A stretch of DNA of 64,000 nucleotides from an uncultured Acidobacteriota bacterium (GTDB taxonomy: Bacteria > Acidobacteriota > Blastocatellia > RBC074): NCBI GenBank assembly GCA_963796275.1, contig CAWCKY010000003.1, positions 1,152,001 through 1,216,000 of the forward strand. The letters run 5' to 3'. Positions within the stretch are counted from its first letter, which is position 1. Every line of letters starts with the position of its first letter. Shown piece after piece: positions 30,548-43,062 of this stretch. The position numbers and the translations under genes were made by a program. Under the pieces are notes generated by a model. The model was not told where the DNA came from. It ran no database searches and saw only the letters and a program-made list of their open reading frames with translations.

Positions 30548-31759
30548 ATGATAACGCTATCAGATGTACAATCGGCGCAGGCTCGTATGGGCCGCGCGAT
30601 ATATCACACTCCCATAACAGTCTCCCTGACGCTCAGCAAGTTATGCGGATGCCGGACATTCTTTAAACTTGAGAACCTGCAGATGACGGGAAGTTTTAAA
30701 GAGCGCGGGGCGCTCAATAAACTCCTGCAACTCTCTCAGGCTGAACGTCGTGCGGGCGTCATCGCCGCGAGCGCGGGGAACCACGCGCAGGGTGTCGCTT
30801 ATCACGCGAGCCGGTTGGGGATTAAATCGGTCATCGTCATGCCGCTAGCAACACCGCTCATCAAGGTCGTGAACACCCGCGACCTGGGCGGCGAAGTCGT
30901 CCTTCACGGCACGAATTATGACGAATCGCTGGCGTGCGCGAGGCAGTTGGGAGAGGAAAGAGGTCTGACTTTCGTGCACGCTTTCGACGACGAAATGGTG
31001 ATAGCAGGGCAAGGCACGATCGCGCTCGAATTGCTCGATGAGCGAACGCCATTTGATGCCGTGGTTGTGCCGGTAGGCGGGGGCGGATTGATCAGCGGTA
31101 TTGCGGTCGCCCTAAAAGAGATCGATCCGCAGATGCGGGTGATAGGCGTAGAGCCCGATCATTCCCCCAGTATGAAGGCGGCCATCCAGGCGGGCAGTCC
31201 GATCGAGGTCATGACTCAACCCTCCATCGCCGATGGTCTCTCAGTCAAGCGCGCGGGCGAACGGACTTTGGAGATCGTTAAACGATACGTCGATGAAGTC
31301 GTCAGCGTTTCAGAGGACGAAATCGCAAGCGCGATCCTTAAATTGCTGGAGATCGAAAAAACGGTGGTTGAAGGCGGAGGTGCCGCCGGCCTGGCTGCCG
31401 TGCTCTTCCGAAAGATCAGCGGAATTGAGGGCAAGAACGTCGCCATCATCATCAGCGGCGGCAATATCGATCCGAATCTTCTTTCAAAGATTATCGAGCG
31501 GGGCCTGGCAAAGGATGGGCGTCTCGTGCGCATCCGCGCAATCATGCGCGACCGGCCGGGCGAACTGGCGCGCATCTGCCAACATATAGCGGCGGTCGGC
31601 GCCAACATCTTGCAGGTCGAGCATAACCGGGCATTTTCGAACCTCGAGGTCGGGGGCGTCGAGATCGATATGACACTGGAGGCTCGCGGCCACGACCACG
31701 TTGCCCAGTTGCTGAATGTGCTTCGCGATGATGGAATCGAGGCCCGTAGGTTGGATTGA
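30548..31759 (+). CDS. ilvA: Threonine ammonia-lyase with C-terminal ACT domain
   Basis: [16 protein letters not shown] (PLP lysine), [24 protein letters not shown] motif. Confidence 0.93.
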   Translation: MITLSDVQSAQARMGRAIYHTPITVSLTLSKLCGCRTFFKLENLQMTGSFKERGALNKLLQLSQAERRAGVIAASAGNHAQGVAYHASRLGIKSVIVMPLATPLIKVVNTRDLGGEVVLHGTNYDESLACARQLGEERGLTFVHAFDDEMVIAGQGTIALELLDERTPFDAVVVPVGGGGLISGIAVALKEIDPQMRVIGVEPDHSPSMKAAIQAGSPIEVMTQPSIADGLSVKRAGERTLEIVKRYVDEVVSVSEDEIASAILKLLEIEKTVVEGGGAAGLAAVLFRKISGIEGKNVAIIISGGNIDPNLLSKIIERGLAKDGRLVRIRAIMRDRPGELARICQHIAAVGANILQVEHNRAFSNLEVGGVEIDMTLEARGHDHVAQLLNVLRDDGIEARRLD

Positions 31760-31774
31760 GAGAAAGAGAACCAG

Positions 31775-31849
31775 TCAGTATCGCGAGCGGTAGCCGATCG
31801 AAATTCTATCAATGACCGATTGATCCGACTCCACCGCTCGCGGTAATGA
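31775..31849. repeat. REP-like inverted repeat
   Basis: TCAGTATCGCGAGCGGT...ACCGCTCGCGGTAATGA with inner ATCAAT/ATTGAT stem; a half copy lies at 38218-38232. Confidence 0.7.
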
Positions 31850-31851
31850 TT

Positions 31852-32892
31852 TTAATACTTCAACTCTTCCAGTTTTACGGTCCGCTTCTTAGCTGCTGAT
31901 AGATCGGCCGCAAATACTACTCGGTGCGATTCAAAAGCGGTGTCGAAATCTGTCAGCGGCATATTTTCGCCCTGCCTCAAATTATCCACGAATGCCTGGA
32001 ATTGCGGCAGATATGGGTGATGCGCCACATCCCCCGAATCGATCAGGCTCGTCTCCAACGTGCTCCAGCGCTCCTTGCTCATGCCCTTCAACTTTGCGCT
32101 ATAAAGTTTGTTATCAAGCAGGCTGCCTTCGCTGCCGACCAGGTGAATGTGGAAGTAATAGGGCTGCAGACAGTCAACCACCGACGCCACTTTCCCGATC
32201 TTTCCGTCTTTGAATTTGAGGATCGTGATTGAAGTCGTGTCGTATTCGTAAGGCGCGAATATGGGGTTGCTCGAACGATTGCTGTAGCTGGTGACCTCTT
32301 CGACTTTTGAATCCATGAGCCAGAGCAGCAGGTCCATCGCGTGGCAGCCGGCGGTCAAAAGGCTGCTTCCGCCCATATCCTTCTTGACGTTCCAGGGGAA
32401 TTGGCCGTACCAGGGGCCGATGCCGTGGTAATAATCGACTTCGGCGTAATGCAGCGAGCCTAGTAGACCTTCATCGATCACCGAGCGAATGACGTTCGCT
32501 TGCTGGCTGAACCGCACCTCGAAACAGACACACGATTGTACGCGCGCCTTCTGGATCGCCTGGCGCATAGCTGCGGCGTCCTCGTAGTTGATCGCAATCG
32601 GCTTTTCTATAATCAGGTGTTTGCCGGCTTCCGCGGCCGCTATGGCCTGCCCCGCATGGAAAGGGTGTGGAGTGCAGATATCGATGACGTGAATCGACGG
32701 ATCCTTCAACATCGCTTCGTAATCACGATATGCCTTCAACGGTGTCCCGTATTGTTTGGCGAGTTCCGCCTCATCGAGCTGGCGGCGCGAACAGACCGCC
32801 GTGACTTTAGCCCCGTCTATCTTGTTGAACGCTGAAATATGTGCTCCGGCAACCCAGCCCAGGCCGACAATGCCGATGTTCAATTGGTCCAT
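31852..32892 (-). CDS. Gfo/Idh/MocA family oxidoreductase
   Basis: [33 protein letters not shown]. Confidence 0.92.
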   Translation of the reverse strand: MDQLNIGIVGLGWVAGAHISAFNKIDGAKVTAVCSRRQLDEAELAKQYGTPLKAYRDYEAMLKDPSIHVIDICTPHPFHAGQAIAAAEAGKHLIIEKPIAINYEDAAAMRQAIQKARVQSCVCFEVRFSQQANVIRSVIDEGLLGSLHYAEVDYYHGIGPWYGQFPWNVKKDMGGSSLLTAGCHAMDLLLWLMDSKVEEVTSYSNRSSNPIFAPYEYDTTSITILKFKDGKIGKVASVVDCLQPYYFHIHLVGSEGSLLDNKLYSAKLKGMSKERWSTLETSLIDSGDVAHHPYLPQFQAFVDNLRQGENMPLTDFDTAFESHRVVFAADLSAAKKRTVKLEELKY

Positions 32893-32923
32893 ATGGAACC
32901 TCCTTAATAATGTATAAATGGGT

Positions 32924-33029
32924 AATGGATAATTGATAGTTGATTGTTCGTATAAATAGTGGCTTCAGTGTTTACGAACAATCAACAATCAACAATCAAC
33001 AATCAACAATCAACTATCAATTATCCATT
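32924..33029. repeat. Heptamer-repeat hairpin with (AATCAAC)5
   Basis: AATGGATAATTGATAGTTGATTGTTCGTA pairs with TACGAAC(AATCAAC)5TATCAATTATCCATT. Confidence 0.9.
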
Positions 33030-33798
33030 CCTTCATTGCGTCCTGCAAAACTTTCTCTTGCGGATAACCGTGGCCGCGGTGTTGGCGAAATCCTTCAGCA
33101 TAAGGCGCACCGCACTCCCGGCCATAATTCTGGGCCCATTCGGTCATCCGGTTGAGATACTCATCGATACCGTGATGCGCGCGCAACCATTCGCGTTGCG
33201 AGCGATGGAACTTGAGCATTTCACGCTTCTGCTCGAGCTTTGCACTGATATCCACATAAAACTGGGGCCTTACGCGCTCGCCCATCGTATCCTTTCCTTC
33301 GATCGGATCGGCATAATAGAGAGCCGGGGTGTTTAATGTCGCGTTAACGGGATCAGTCCGATGAGTTCGATAAAGGGGGATAGCGAGTGCGAATACGGCT
33401 CCGCGGACCAATCGCGACGTTTCTTCGTGATCGAGCATGTAATCGACCGGCGAGTGAGTGATGACGATATCGGGATTAAAGCTTCGCATGCGCTCGACGA
33501 CCCTGCGCATATTTTCCGTATTGACGAAAATTTCGATGTCTTTCATCCCGGCGCAGCCATACCAGGCTCCGAGGAATTCGGCAGCAGCTTCGGCCTCGGC
33601 ATGTCGGATGCTCGTGATCTCTTCTCTAGAATGCGTCATCGAGCCGCAATCGCCACTCGTCATGGTGAGAATGCCCAACTCCCAGCCGAGCGCTTTAAGG
33701 TGAAAGAGAGTCCCGCCGGCGAGTATCTCCGCATCATCGGGATGTGCCATCGCCGCCAGTGCCCTTGGGTTTCGTCCTTGGTCTGTTGTCATCCGCAT
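33010..33798 (-). CDS. PIG-L/LmbE family deacetylase
   Basis: [32 protein letters not shown]. Confidence 0.92.
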   Translation of the reverse strand: MRMTTDQGRNPRALAAMAHPDDAEILAGGTLFHLKALGWELGILTMTSGDCGSMTHSREEITSIRHAEAEAAAEFLGAWYGCAGMKDIEIFVNTENMRRVVERMRSFNPDIVITHSPVDYMLDHEETSRLVRGAVFALAIPLYRTHRTDPVNATLNTPALYYADPIEGKDTMGERVRPQFYVDISAKLEQKREMLKFHRSQREWLRAHHGIDEYLNRMTEWAQNYGRECGAPYAEGFRQHRGHGYPQEKVLQDAMKEWIIDS

Positions 33799-33885
33799 CC
33801 TCCCTTCATCCCGAAGAAGTGACCTCCAAATCAGGCTGTTTGATATAATTTTAAACAGGATTGAGATAATCTCTTGCTATAGTTA

Positions 33886-35385
33886 GTGATGTCAATATTT
33901 TTATCACCTTATAAAATGAGCAAGCTTTCTACAATTCGGCAAATAAACAAGTCGGCTTCTCGTCTCCGGTTGCTCTCAGAACGAGCCTTGTCCCGCACCG
34001 CGGGAGCGCCGCTCGTGACGGGGAATAGCGTGCGCATCCTCAAGGACGCGAGCGAAAATTACCCTGCCTGGTTAGATGCCATCAAATCGGCGAGACGCAA
34101 AATCTATTTCGAGAGCTATATCATTCACGAGGACGAGCAGGGATTGATGCTCGCTGATGCGCTCGCAGCCAAGGTTCGCGAGGGCGTGAGCGTTCGTCTG
34201 GTCTACGATTGGATGGGGGGGATCTGGGCTTCGTCACGCAAATTCTGGAAGCGCATGCGCGATGCGGGGATAGATGTGCGCTGCTTCAATCCACCGCGCC
34301 TTGATAGCCCTTTCGGTTGGCTCAGCCGCGATCATCGTAAAATGATCGCAGTCGATGGAGAAGTGGGATTCATCACAGGTTTGTGCGTCGGGCAGATGTG
34401 GGTCGGTTTTCCTGAAGAAGGCATCGAACCATGGCGCGATACGGGAGTTGAGGTGCGTGGTCCGGCGGTCGCCGATATCGAACAATCGTTCGCGCAGGTC
34501 TGGGCGATTACGGGTGATCCTCTTCCCGAAAATGAATTGACCGAGGGGAAATCCATACCCGTTGCCGGTGACGTTTCGGTGCGTGTGGTTGCCAGCGTCC
34601 CGAACACGGCCGGTCTTTACCGTCTGGATCAGATGATTGCCGCGGGCGCGAATAAGACTCTATGGTTGACTGATGCCTACTTCGCAGGCACGGCCCCATA
34701 TGTTCAGGCGTTGAGAGCCGCGGCGATGGATGGTGTCGACGTGCGGCTGCTCGTGCCGGAGGCCAACGATATTCCGGTAATGCGTGCCCTTTCCCGATCC
34801 GGTTATCGCTCGTTGCTGGAGGCCGGCATTCGAGTATTCGAGTGGAACGGGCCGATGCTACATGCGAAAACAGCGGTTTCGGACGGACGCTGGGCTCGCG
34901 TCGGATCGACCAACCTCAACCTGGCGAGCTGGATAGGAAATTGGGAGCTCGATCTGGTGGTCGAGGACGATAAATTCGGACAGGCGATGGAGCAGATGTA
35001 CATCAAGGATCTGGAAAACTCTACTGAGATAATTCTTACCGCAAAGCGGAAATCGCTGCCCAAACGGAAACGAGGCCGCCGCCATCTGGCGGGAAGACTC
35101 GGTTCCGGAACCTCCGGACGTACGGCAGCCGGCGCGGTCAGATTGGGAAATATAGTGAGCGCCGCCATAACCAATAAACGCATGCTAGGCCCCGCCGAAG
35201 CCAGGATTATGATCAGTTCGGGATTATTGCTCCTGGCATCGGCGGTTCTGGCAATTTTTTGGCCGCGTGTGATCACTGTGCCCATCGCCGTGATCGCGGT
35301 ATGGGTGGCAGCCTCATTGTTTCTCAGGGGCTATGTGCTCAACCGTGAAGGCAGAAAAGAGGATGAAAAGCTGAAGAATGGGTAA
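33886..35385 (+). CDS. cls: Cardiolipin synthase (phospholipase D family); start may be 33916
   Basis: Two HKD motifs ([16 protein letters not shown]), WRDT, GSTNL. Confidence 0.9.
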   Translation: MMSIFLSPYKMSKLSTIRQINKSASRLRLLSERALSRTAGAPLVTGNSVRILKDASENYPAWLDAIKSARRKIYFESYIIHEDEQGLMLADALAAKVREGVSVRLVYDWMGGIWASSRKFWKRMRDAGIDVRCFNPPRLDSPFGWLSRDHRKMIAVDGEVGFITGLCVGQMWVGFPEEGIEPWRDTGVEVRGPAVADIEQSFAQVWAITGDPLPENELTEGKSIPVAGDVSVRVVASVPNTAGLYRLDQMIAAGANKTLWLTDAYFAGTAPYVQALRAAAMDGVDVRLLVPEANDIPVMRALSRSGYRSLLEAGIRVFEWNGPMLHAKTAVSDGRWARVGSTNLNLASWIGNWELDLVVEDDKFGQAMEQMYIKDLENSTEIILTAKRKSLPKRKRGRRHLAGRLGSGTSGRTAAGAVRLGNIVSAAITNKRMLGPAEARIMISSGLLLLASAVLAIFWPRVITVPIAVIAVWVAASLFLRGYVLNREGRKEDEKLKNG

Positions 35386-36130
35386 AACGAGAAGTTTTCG
35401 TGTAGTCACCTACAACATTCACAAGTGTAGGGGGATGGATCGACGGGTCAGACCCGAACGAATTGTCGAGGTCTTGCGGGGAATTGATGCAGACATCATC
35501 GCTCTGCAAGAGGTGCTGTGGATACACGGCGCCGAAAATAGGGATGATCAGGCGCATTTCATCGCGCGCGAGCTGGGATTGGATTTTCGTCTCGGGGAGA
35601 ATCGCAAGCTGCACGGTGGAGCCTATGGTAATGTCGTGCTCAGCCGATTCCCGATGAGCGCAGCGCGTAACCATGATATCAGCGTCAGCGGGCGCGAGCA
35701 GCGCGGATGCCTGCGCGTCGACATCGATCTGCAAGGCAAACATTCATTGCACGTTTACAACGTGCACCTCGGCACATCGTTCAGAGAGCGACACCATCAG
35801 GCGCGCATATTGTTGAACCAGAAGATACTGAAGAATGGCGATCACGCGGGACCGCGTCTGCTGCTCGGGGATTTCAACGACTGGACGCGCGGCCCTGTAT
35901 CTCGTCTCCTGGCTGAGCATTTCCGGAGCGCAGACCCCCGCATCCATATCGGGCGATTCGCCACCTATCCCGGTTTCCTGCCTATCGTTCACCTCGATCA
36001 CATCTATTTCGATGAGTCGCTGAAATTGGTGAAGGCGCTGTTGCCCCGCAGCCGTACCGCCCTCATCGCTTCGGATCATCTTCCGGTGGTGGCTGATTTC
36101 AGGCTGTTGGGCGCCGCAGAAAGACGCTGA
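35378..36130 (+). CDS. Endonuclease/exonuclease/phosphatase family protein
   Basis: TYNIH, IALQEV, GDFND, LDHIY, SDHLP. Confidence 0.93.
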   Translation: MGKTRSFRVVTYNIHKCRGMDRRVRPERIVEVLRGIDADIIALQEVLWIHGAENRDDQAHFIARELGLDFRLGENRKLHGGAYGNVVLSRFPMSAARNHDISVSGREQRGCLRVDIDLQGKHSLHVYNVHLGTSFRERHHQARILLNQKILKNGDHAGPRLLLGDFNDWTRGPVSRLLAEHFRSADPRIHIGRFATYPGFLPIVHLDHIYFDESLKLVKALLPRSRTALIASDHLPVVADFRLLGAAERR

Positions 36131-36324
36131 GCATTTAATATTTAACATTGTTCATTTTACATTTGACATTGAAGAGGCGCCGTCTCAATCAATGACAATG
36201 AACAGTGCTCTGGCCAACTACGGGCACCCCACCTCAATTACGTTTGATATTTGTCATTGATTGAACCGCGTTTCTTCAATGTCAAATGTAAAATGACAAA
36301 TGAACAATGAACAATGAAAAATGC
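36131..36324. repeat. Nested heptamer-repeat hairpin between convergent genes
   Basis: CATTNNN-type arm versus NNNAATG-type arm; inner TCAATCAATGACAA/TTGTCATTGATTGA stem. Confidence 0.85.
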
Positions 36325-36326
36325 AA

Positions 36327-38194
36327 TTATTCTACTGTTACTGACTTCGCCAGATTTCTCGGCTGGTCGACGTCGCAACCTCTCCTCACCGCAATATGAT
36401 ACGCGAGCAATTGCAACGGCACGACCGAGAGTACGGGTGAGAGCAACTCGCTCGATGGGGGGACTTCGATGGTGTAGCTCGCCATACTTCGTGTGTCCTC
36501 GTCTCCTTCCGTCACGATTGCAACGACAATGCCGTCGCGGGCGCGCACCTCCTGAATATTGGAGAGCGTCTTCTCGTAGCGCAATTTTGATTTTTCGTCG
36601 CTGGTATCGAGCGTGTTGATGACGACGACGGGCAGACGCGAATCGATCAAGGCGTTCGGCCCGTGCTTCATTTCACCCGCAGCGTAGCCTTCGGCATGGA
36701 TATAGGAAATCTCTTTCAGTTTCAGTGCGCCTTCGAGCGCTATCGGGAAGTTGATGCCGCGGCCGAGATAGAGGAAGTCGGTCGAAAGTACGAAGGCCCT
36801 CGAAAGCTCCTCGTAATCGATCTCGCTGTTGTTGAGCAGCTTCTCGATCTTCACCGGCAGCTCCGACAGATGTTGCGTATGCCATTTCAGCTTCTCTTCG
36901 CTGAGCGTGCCGCGTTGCTGCGCCAGATAGAGCGCGAAGATGTATGCCGCCACCATCTGCGATGTGAAGGCCTTCGTCGAAGCGACGCCGATCTCAGGCC
37001 CGGCGTGCGTGTAGACGGTGCAATCGGCCTCGCGCGTGATCATCGACCCCTGAACATTGCAGATGGCCAGCGATTTGCACCCTTTCTCCTTCGCTTCGCG
37101 CAGTGCCGCGATCGTGTCGGCCGTTTCGCCCGATTGCGAGATCACCATCATCAGGGAATTGGGAGTCAGGATCGGATTGCGGTAACGAAACTCGGAAGCA
37201 TAATCGACTTCAACCGGGACGCGCGCAAGCTCTTCGATCAGGTATTTGGCGACCAGTGCTGCGTGCCAGGCTGTTCCGCAGGACGCGAGCTTGATGTCGG
37301 TGAACGAGCGGAAATCGCCTTCTCCGATCTCCATTGTGTCGAGGTATATCTGCCCCGTGTCGAGCGAGACCCGCCCCTGAGTGGTATCGCGCACGGCGCG
37401 CGGCTGCTCGTAAATCTCCTTGAGCATGAAATGCTTGTAGCCGCCCTTTTCAGCCTGATCGGATCCCAGTTGATGCGCTGTATCTGCGGCTTGATCTCAT
37501 CGCCGTCCATATTTAAAACGCGCACCCCGCCGCGCGTTATGATGGCCATCTCGTTATCGCCGAGAAAGAAGATGTCGCGCGTGTGCGGCAGAATCGCCGG
37601 AATGTCCGACGCGACGAAATATTCGCCTTCTCCCATTCCGATGACGACCGGCGGCCCCAGCCGCGCCGCGATCAGTTGGTCCGGCTCATCGGCCGACATT
37701 GCGACGAGAGCGTAGATGCCGCGGATATTTTTGAGCATCTCGCGGAATGCTCCCTCGAAGCCGAGACCTGGATTGTCGTTGAGCTTCTGCTCGATCAGAT
37801 GTGCGACTACTTCGGTGTCGGTCTCGGACTGAAAGCGGTGATCCTGTTTCTGCAGCTCGCGTTTGAGATCGAGGTAGTTTTCGATGATGCCGTTGTGAAC
37901 GACGCAGATGCGCCCTGAACTCGAGCGGTGCGGGTGCGCGTTCTCTTCCGATGGCCTTCCATGCGTCGCCCATCTCGTATGACCCAGGGCGTAGACACCT
38001 TCAATCGGGTTTTTACGCAGAACCTCCTCGAGGTTGCGCAGTTTCCCGCTGGCGCGCCGGACTTCCATCTCGCCTTTCGAGTCGACGACGGCAATCCCCG
38101 CCGAATCGTATCCTCTATATTCCAATCGTCGAAGTCCTTCGATGACGATGGGAACGACCTGTTGATTGCCGACGTAACCGACGATTCCGCACAT
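36327..38194 (-). CDS. glmS: Glutamine--fructose-6-phosphate aminotransferase (single-base frameshift near 37455)
   Basis: [45 protein letters not shown]. Confidence 0.96.
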
Positions 38195-38237
38195 ACGGTA
38201 TTACCTCCTCATTAATCCCGCTCGGGTACTGATGTTT

Positions 38238-39620
38238 TTATTCCTTGAAATTCTTGATTACTTTGGCTGGCACTCCCACGACAAGCGAATCGGGCGGCAC
38301 ATCCTTGGTGATCACCGATCCCGCGCCGGAGACCGATCCACGGCCGACTCGCACCGGTGCGACGAGCATCGTGTCAGAGCCGATCTTCACATCGTCTTCG
38401 ATGATGGTCTGATGCTTCTGTTTGCCGTCGTAGTTGCAGGTCACAGTGGCTGCGCCGATATTGACGCGCTCGCCGATCGTCGCATCGCCGAGATAAGTCA
38501 GATGCATCGATTTTGTTTTTCGTCCGAGCTGAGATTTTTTGACCTCCACAAAATTGCCGATGACAGCCTCTTCCGCTAGTTCTGTGTGCATCCGCAGATG
38601 CGCGAAAGGGCCGACCGAATTGCGCGCCTTCAATTTGCTGTCGACTATTACGCAAGAGTTGAGGACTCTGCATTCATCTCCGATCTCGGCGTTGCTCAGA
38701 TGCGACCACGAATTTATCTCACAGGCGCGTCCGATGCGCGAATTGCCTTCGATTATCACCTGCGGATGAATAATCGTGTCGCGGCCGATCTCGACCGTAT
38801 CGTCGATGTAGGTTGAGTCGGGATCGATGATAGTCACTCCTTCGGCCATCAATCGGTCGATCGTCTCGTGCCGCACGCGTTTCCACATCCCGGCGAGCTC
38901 CGCGCGCGTGTTGATGCCGTCGAGTTCGCGCGCATCTTCGTGCAGGACAGTCCCCACTGAGCGACCTGCAGCGAGCATATGCTCCGGAACATCGGTCACA
39001 TAATATTCATTCTGCGCATTCTTCGGCTCGAGCTTATCCAGGGCGGCAAGCAGGGCCGGAATGTCAAAGCAGTAAAGGCCGGGATTGAGTTCAGTGATCA
39101 ACCGCTGTTCCGGTGTGCAATCGCGCTCCTCGATGATCTTCAGGAAATTGCCGGCCGAGTCGCGAACGATGCGGCCATATGCGGGAGGGTTTGACAGATG
39201 AATCGTGATGAATGTCGCAGCATTCTTGGCGCGTTGGTGCTCGGCGATCAGTTTGCGAAGCGTATCTGCCTCGACGAGAGGGACATCGCCATTGATCACG
39301 ACCAGCAGCCCTTTTGTCTTCTTCAATGCTTCCTGTGCGCATTTGACGGCGTGGCCGGTGCCTCGCTGTTCGCTCTGCCGCACGAACCGGAGTTTTTCGC
39401 CTGTTAGCTCATCGACTGCCGTGCGAGCGGCCTCTTCGACCTTTTCGGCCTGATAGCCTGTGATGACGAAGATATTCTCGGGGTTGAGCTGAGCCAATGA
39501 ACGCAACTGGCGCGCGATGATCGTTTGACCGCCGAGTTTGTGCAAAACTTTGGCTTGATCGCTTTTCATTCGTGTGCCGAGACCGGCGGCCAGCGTAAGA
39601 ATATTGATATGTGTGTTCAC
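38238..39620 (-). CDS. glmU: Bifunctional UDP-GlcNAc pyrophosphorylase/glucosamine-1-P acetyltransferase
   Basis: [32 protein letters not shown], hexapeptide repeats. Confidence 0.96.
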   Translation of the reverse strand: MNTHINILTLAAGLGTRMKSDQAKVLHKLGGQTIIARQLRSLAQLNPENIFVITGYQAEKVEEAARTAVDELTGEKLRFVRQSEQRGTGHAVKCAQEALKKTKGLLVVINGDVPLVEADTLRKLIAEHQRAKNAATFITIHLSNPPAYGRIVRDSAGNFLKIIEERDCTPEQRLITELNPGLYCFDIPALLAALDKLEPKNAQNEYYVTDVPEHMLAAGRSVGTVLHEDARELDGINTRAELAGMWKRVRHETIDRLMAEGVTIIDPDSTYIDDTVEIGRDTIIHPQVIIEGNSRIGRACEINSWSHLSNAEIGDECRVLNSCVIVDSKLKARNSVGPFAHLRMHTELAEEAVIGNFVEVKKSQLGRKTKSMHLTYLGDATIGERVNIGAATVTCNYDGKQKHQTIIEDDVKIGSDTMLVAPVRVGRGSVSGAGSVITKDVPPDSLVVGVPAKVIKNFKE

Positions 39621-39991
39621 GATTATGTCCTCTAAATGGCCACTTTAAGATTGACTGGGGAGGTAAATGCGAACCGCATTATAAGGCAGTTAGATCAGAA
39701 CAGTACAGGATAGTGGCAGGATTTGGGTAGAGGCTTATGAGTGAAACGCGAGGTGGAAAACTGCGCCGCGAGGACTGATCTTAGCCCAGCCTTGCAAGGC
39801 CTTCTCATTACCCATCTTGGTCAATTCGCGATCATTGATCTTGGTATGGCCTCCGGCGCAAAATCGAAAAGTTTGGATAATGCAAGGCCGGGCTAGACTC
39901 ACGAGGTCGCTACACAATCGGGAAAACGGTTGTTGCATTATTTTTTCAAAGTCCATAATTGGGCTGAGCGGATATGTCTCATCCTGATAAA

Positions 39992-40080
39992 GACTGGAGG
40001 TTGGTGGCTGGACGATACCCTTTCGGAGACGATGCTACGCCAGTCTCCAGCTCCCCGATTTACAGCCACCAACCCCAGCC
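39992..40080. repeat. Degenerate heptamer-repeat hairpin after the xylanase stop
   Basis: GACTGGAGGTTGGTGGCTGG ... CCAGTCTCCAG ... CAGCCACCAACCCCAGCC. Confidence 0.6.
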
Positions 40081-42942
40081 TTACCGCGGCACAGTAACCA
40101 CAACCGATCTACTGGTTCTCAATCCCGCCGAGTCAGTCACCGTCAACTTGATCGTGTATTTCCGATCCTCGCGGCTATGGGACGAACGCTCCGCCCGTAA
40201 CCTGATATGATGCGCATCGATCACCTCCCAGTCCGGCGCGGTGTTGCCGTCGCCGTGACCATTCACGGGCTGGTTGCTGGTGATCGTAATAACCGGTGCG
40301 AGGCCTTCATCACAATCGTCGTAGATGTTGTAACTGAGCTTGACGTCTACCATCCTGTGATTCGGCGGGCGCAGCACGGGCTTGTCCACCCTGAGCCCAA
40401 AGATAATCGGCGGCAGGTTGATCACCCTGATTGTGGCAGATGCCGTGTTGTTCGGCGCCGTATTGGGATCGTTGGTGGTCGAGGTCGATGTTGCTGAATT
40501 GGCGATCCGTGTGCCGCTGGCCGTCGCACAGGAAACAATTAGTTTCAATCGGAACTGAGCCGAAGCCCCTGCATCTAGAGAACTGGCAGTGCAATTCACC
40601 TGCCCGCCGCTTCCCACCGAAGGTGTGGTGCAGGACCAACCTGCTGGAACCGCCAGTGACCTGAATACCATCCCGGCTGGAATTACGCTGGTCATCGATA
40701 CGTCGGCGGCCGGCAGATCGTCATCGTCCGGAAGGAAATCTTCCATATCGTGATCCTGGTTATTCCTGACTGTGATGGTGTATGAGACCGAATGCCCGCT
40801 CAGTACAATCCTGGAATCGGCGCTGATGCTCGTTGAGATGTCGGCTCCCGGCAATTGCAGCGGATCTATCACTCCCCAATAGGCAAACTTCTTCTTCAAA
40901 GACTGATCGAACAGCAGCGGCCCGTCGACCCTCCCGGAAGTTGTCAGCCAGGTGTGGTCATCTGCCTGCCCCCAAAAAGTGATGGAGTCGATCTTACCTT
41001 GCAGTTGCCGGAAGGCATCGAAGAATATCCCATACCGATAGCCCTGTCTGATGAACAGATCCTGGGGAATGATCGAGTAATCATCGTAGATTGTCGTACT
41101 GGAGCCGCTGTAGATACTGACGTCGAGTTCTGTAACCTCGTTTCGCAGCCCAATCCCGTCGAACATGTTGACTGTATCGATGATCGCCTGGCTTGACGGA
41201 AAATCTATGTTGTTGTGCATCTGATGGCCTATGCCGTGGATCGGCACGCCCCGGCTCTTCAGGTCGTTTATGAGGTCGAAGAGGAACTGCCGCTTGGTTA
41301 CATTGGTCGTGTCGAAATCATTGATATAGAGCATGGCATCGGGATCTACCTCGTGCGCAATCTGGAATGCCCTCTCGATAAACGCCGGCCCGATGATATT
41401 GAACCATTGGCTTCGCCTGAACCCGTCCGGCTGGCTCGGATCGATCACTTCGTTCACCACGTCCCAGGCGTAAATGTCGTCTCTGTAGCGCGAGACGACC
41501 TCGCGGATATGAGTCTCCATTCGCTGCAATAGAAGGGCTCTGTTCTCGGGCGACGGCGTCATCGGAATGCCGCTCGCATCGTTGAAGACCCAGGCCGGGG
41601 TCTGTTGGTGCCAGACGAGCGTGTGTCCGCGGACATGCATATTGTTGGCTCGGCCGAAACTGACCTGAGCATCGGCGTTGGCGAAGTTGAAATTTCCTTC
41701 AGCCGGCTGCAGCGTACCCCACTTCATATCATTTTCCGACGTGATGCTGTTGAAGTGCTTCGTCAATAGCACTGTGTGCTCTCCGGTCAGGTCGCCCTGA
41801 TAAACCGCTGCGCCAACGCGGAAGTACTCGGCGAGACTTTGATAAACGGATGGGATGTCGGGCTCGGCTACTGGTGGCGGGACGAATTCGATCCGGAAGT
41901 CGTCAATGTAAAACGAGGACATCGCGCTGCCGGATTCCACGTATAGGATAAGGGTCTGATTGACGAGTGATAGGTCGAACATGGCCCTCAAATTCACCCA
42001 TTGATCGGCCGTCACATTAGTATTGCCGATGACGGTATGAAAGCTAGTCACCGTCCCAAGCCTGCGCTCCAGACTAACCCTCAATGCCGAAGCGGGCTCA
42101 CCCGGCGCCAGTTTGGCCCACAGTGAGATGCGGTAACGCGACCCGTTAAACATGACGTTGGTGACGTCGATGGCCGGGCCTTGAAAGGCCGCCGCACGGT
42201 TGGTGGTCAGGAGACTGTTGCTGCCGCCGTGCTGGTCAGCCGAAGTGACGGTAACAACTTCCACGCCGATCCGCGATGCCCATCCTTCGGTCGTATTTGT
42301 CTCGAAGTCGGTCGTGATCCCCGTTGTATTCGATGGCGGTCCGGGCGGCGGGGCCAGGAAAGTGATGCTGAAATTATCTACATAGTATGAAGCGGTGGCG
42401 CTGGCGGCTTCGATGTAGAACAAGATTCCGCTCATTTCGGTACTGAATGAATAGAGTCCTGTCAGATTGACCCATGAGGCATCGGTCACGTTGGCATTTT
42501 GAGCGACCGTGACGAACTGGTTGCCTCCCCCGCCGGCGGGAGTCTGCTGCACAGTTGCCGTCATCGCAGTCGCGGCTTCTCCAGCTGCGAGACGCACCGA
42601 CGCGGTTACCTGGTAGGTCGCGCCTCTGGTGAGCAGTCCGAGGATGTTCAGACTGGGGCCGTGAAACACTTGGGACCGGCCGATCGTCTTCAGACTGTTG
42701 GTGCCCGTAGCGGCAGCCTCCGTTGAGTTGGTCAGGACGACACCTCCACCCCTGGGAATCCACCCTTGCAGCGTGCCGTCCTCAAAATCGTGCTGAACAA
42801 CCGTCCCGGTCTGGGCGGTCGCCGAACGCGAATTCAAACCCGGTGAGTAAAAAATCAGACCGAAAATAAGTATGCTCGCCAAAATCGTACGCGTTATATG
42901 CCTCGCTTTTATCGATGGAAATATTGTGGGGTGATGAAACAT
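40081..42942 (-). CDS. GH10 endo-1,4-beta-xylanase with two CBM4/9-like (CBM22) modules, a DUF11-like domain and a C-terminal Ig-like domain
   Basis: Signal peptide; ENDMKW, RGHTLVWH, WDVVNE, GIGHQMH, VTELD. Confidence 0.95.
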   Translation of the reverse strand: MFHHPTIFPSIKARHITRTILASILIFGLIFYSPGLNSRSATAQTGTVVQHDFEDGTLQGWIPRGGGVVLTNSTEAAATGTNSLKTIGRSQVFHGPSLNILGLLTRGATYQVTASVRLAAGEAATAMTATVQQTPAGGGGNQFVTVAQNANVTDASWVNLTGLYSFSTEMSGILFYIEAASATASYYVDNFSITFLAPPPGPPSNTTGITTDFETNTTEGWASRIGVEVVTVTSADQHGGSNSLLTTNRAAAFQGPAIDVTNVMFNGSRYRISLWAKLAPGEPASALRVSLERRLGTVTSFHTVIGNTNVTADQWVNLRAMFDLSLVNQTLILYVESGSAMSSFYIDDFRIEFVPPPVAEPDIPSVYQSLAEYFRVGAAVYQGDLTGEHTVLLTKHFNSITSENDMKWGTLQPAEGNFNFANADAQVSFGRANNMHVRGHTLVWHQQTPAWVFNDASGIPMTPSPENRALLLQRMETHIREVVSRYRDDIYAWDVVNEVIDPSQPDGFRRSQWFNIIGPAFIERAFQIAHEVDPDAMLYINDFDTTNVTKRQFLFDLINDLKSRGVPIHGIGHQMHNNIDFPSSQAIIDTVNMFDGIGLRNEVTELDVSIYSGSSTTIYDDYSIIPQDLFIRQGYRYGIFFDAFRQLQGKIDSITFWGQADDHTWLTTSGRVDGPLLFDQSLKKKFAYWGVIDPLQLPGADISTSISADSRIVLSGHSVSYTITVRNNQDHDMEDFLPDDDDLPAADVSMTSVIPAGMVFRSLAVPAGWSCTTPSVGSGGQVNCTASSLDAGASAQFRLKLIVSCATASGTRIANSATSTSTTNDPNTAPNNTASATIRVINLPPIIFGLRVDKPVLRPPNHRMVDVKLSYNIYDDCDEGLAPVITITSNQPVNGHGDGNTAPDWEVIDAHHIRLRAERSSHSREDRKYTIKLTVTDSAGLRTSRSVVVTVPR

Positions 42943-42971
42943 TGGTAACCTCCTGAGGAAATAGGCTCAAG

Positions 42972-43062
42972 TCTTCAGTTTTTAGTTTTTAGTTTTTAGT
43001 TTCCAGTTTTCGATTCGCATACATCGTCGCCACAGCTAAGCGAAACTGAAAACTGAAAACAT
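42972..43062. repeat. Heptamer-repeat hairpin (T/CAGTTTT)n ... (AAAACTG)n
   Basis: Tandem 7-mers in inverted arms between the GH3 and GH10 genes. Confidence 0.7.

Noticed and set aside
37430-37470. Programmed frameshift in glmS
   Set aside because: One missing C (ATC CAG) explains it, and similar indels occur throughout the window
38195-39970. glmS ribozyme
   Set aside because: Only 43 bp separate glmU and glmS, and the consensus core was not recognisable upstream of glmU
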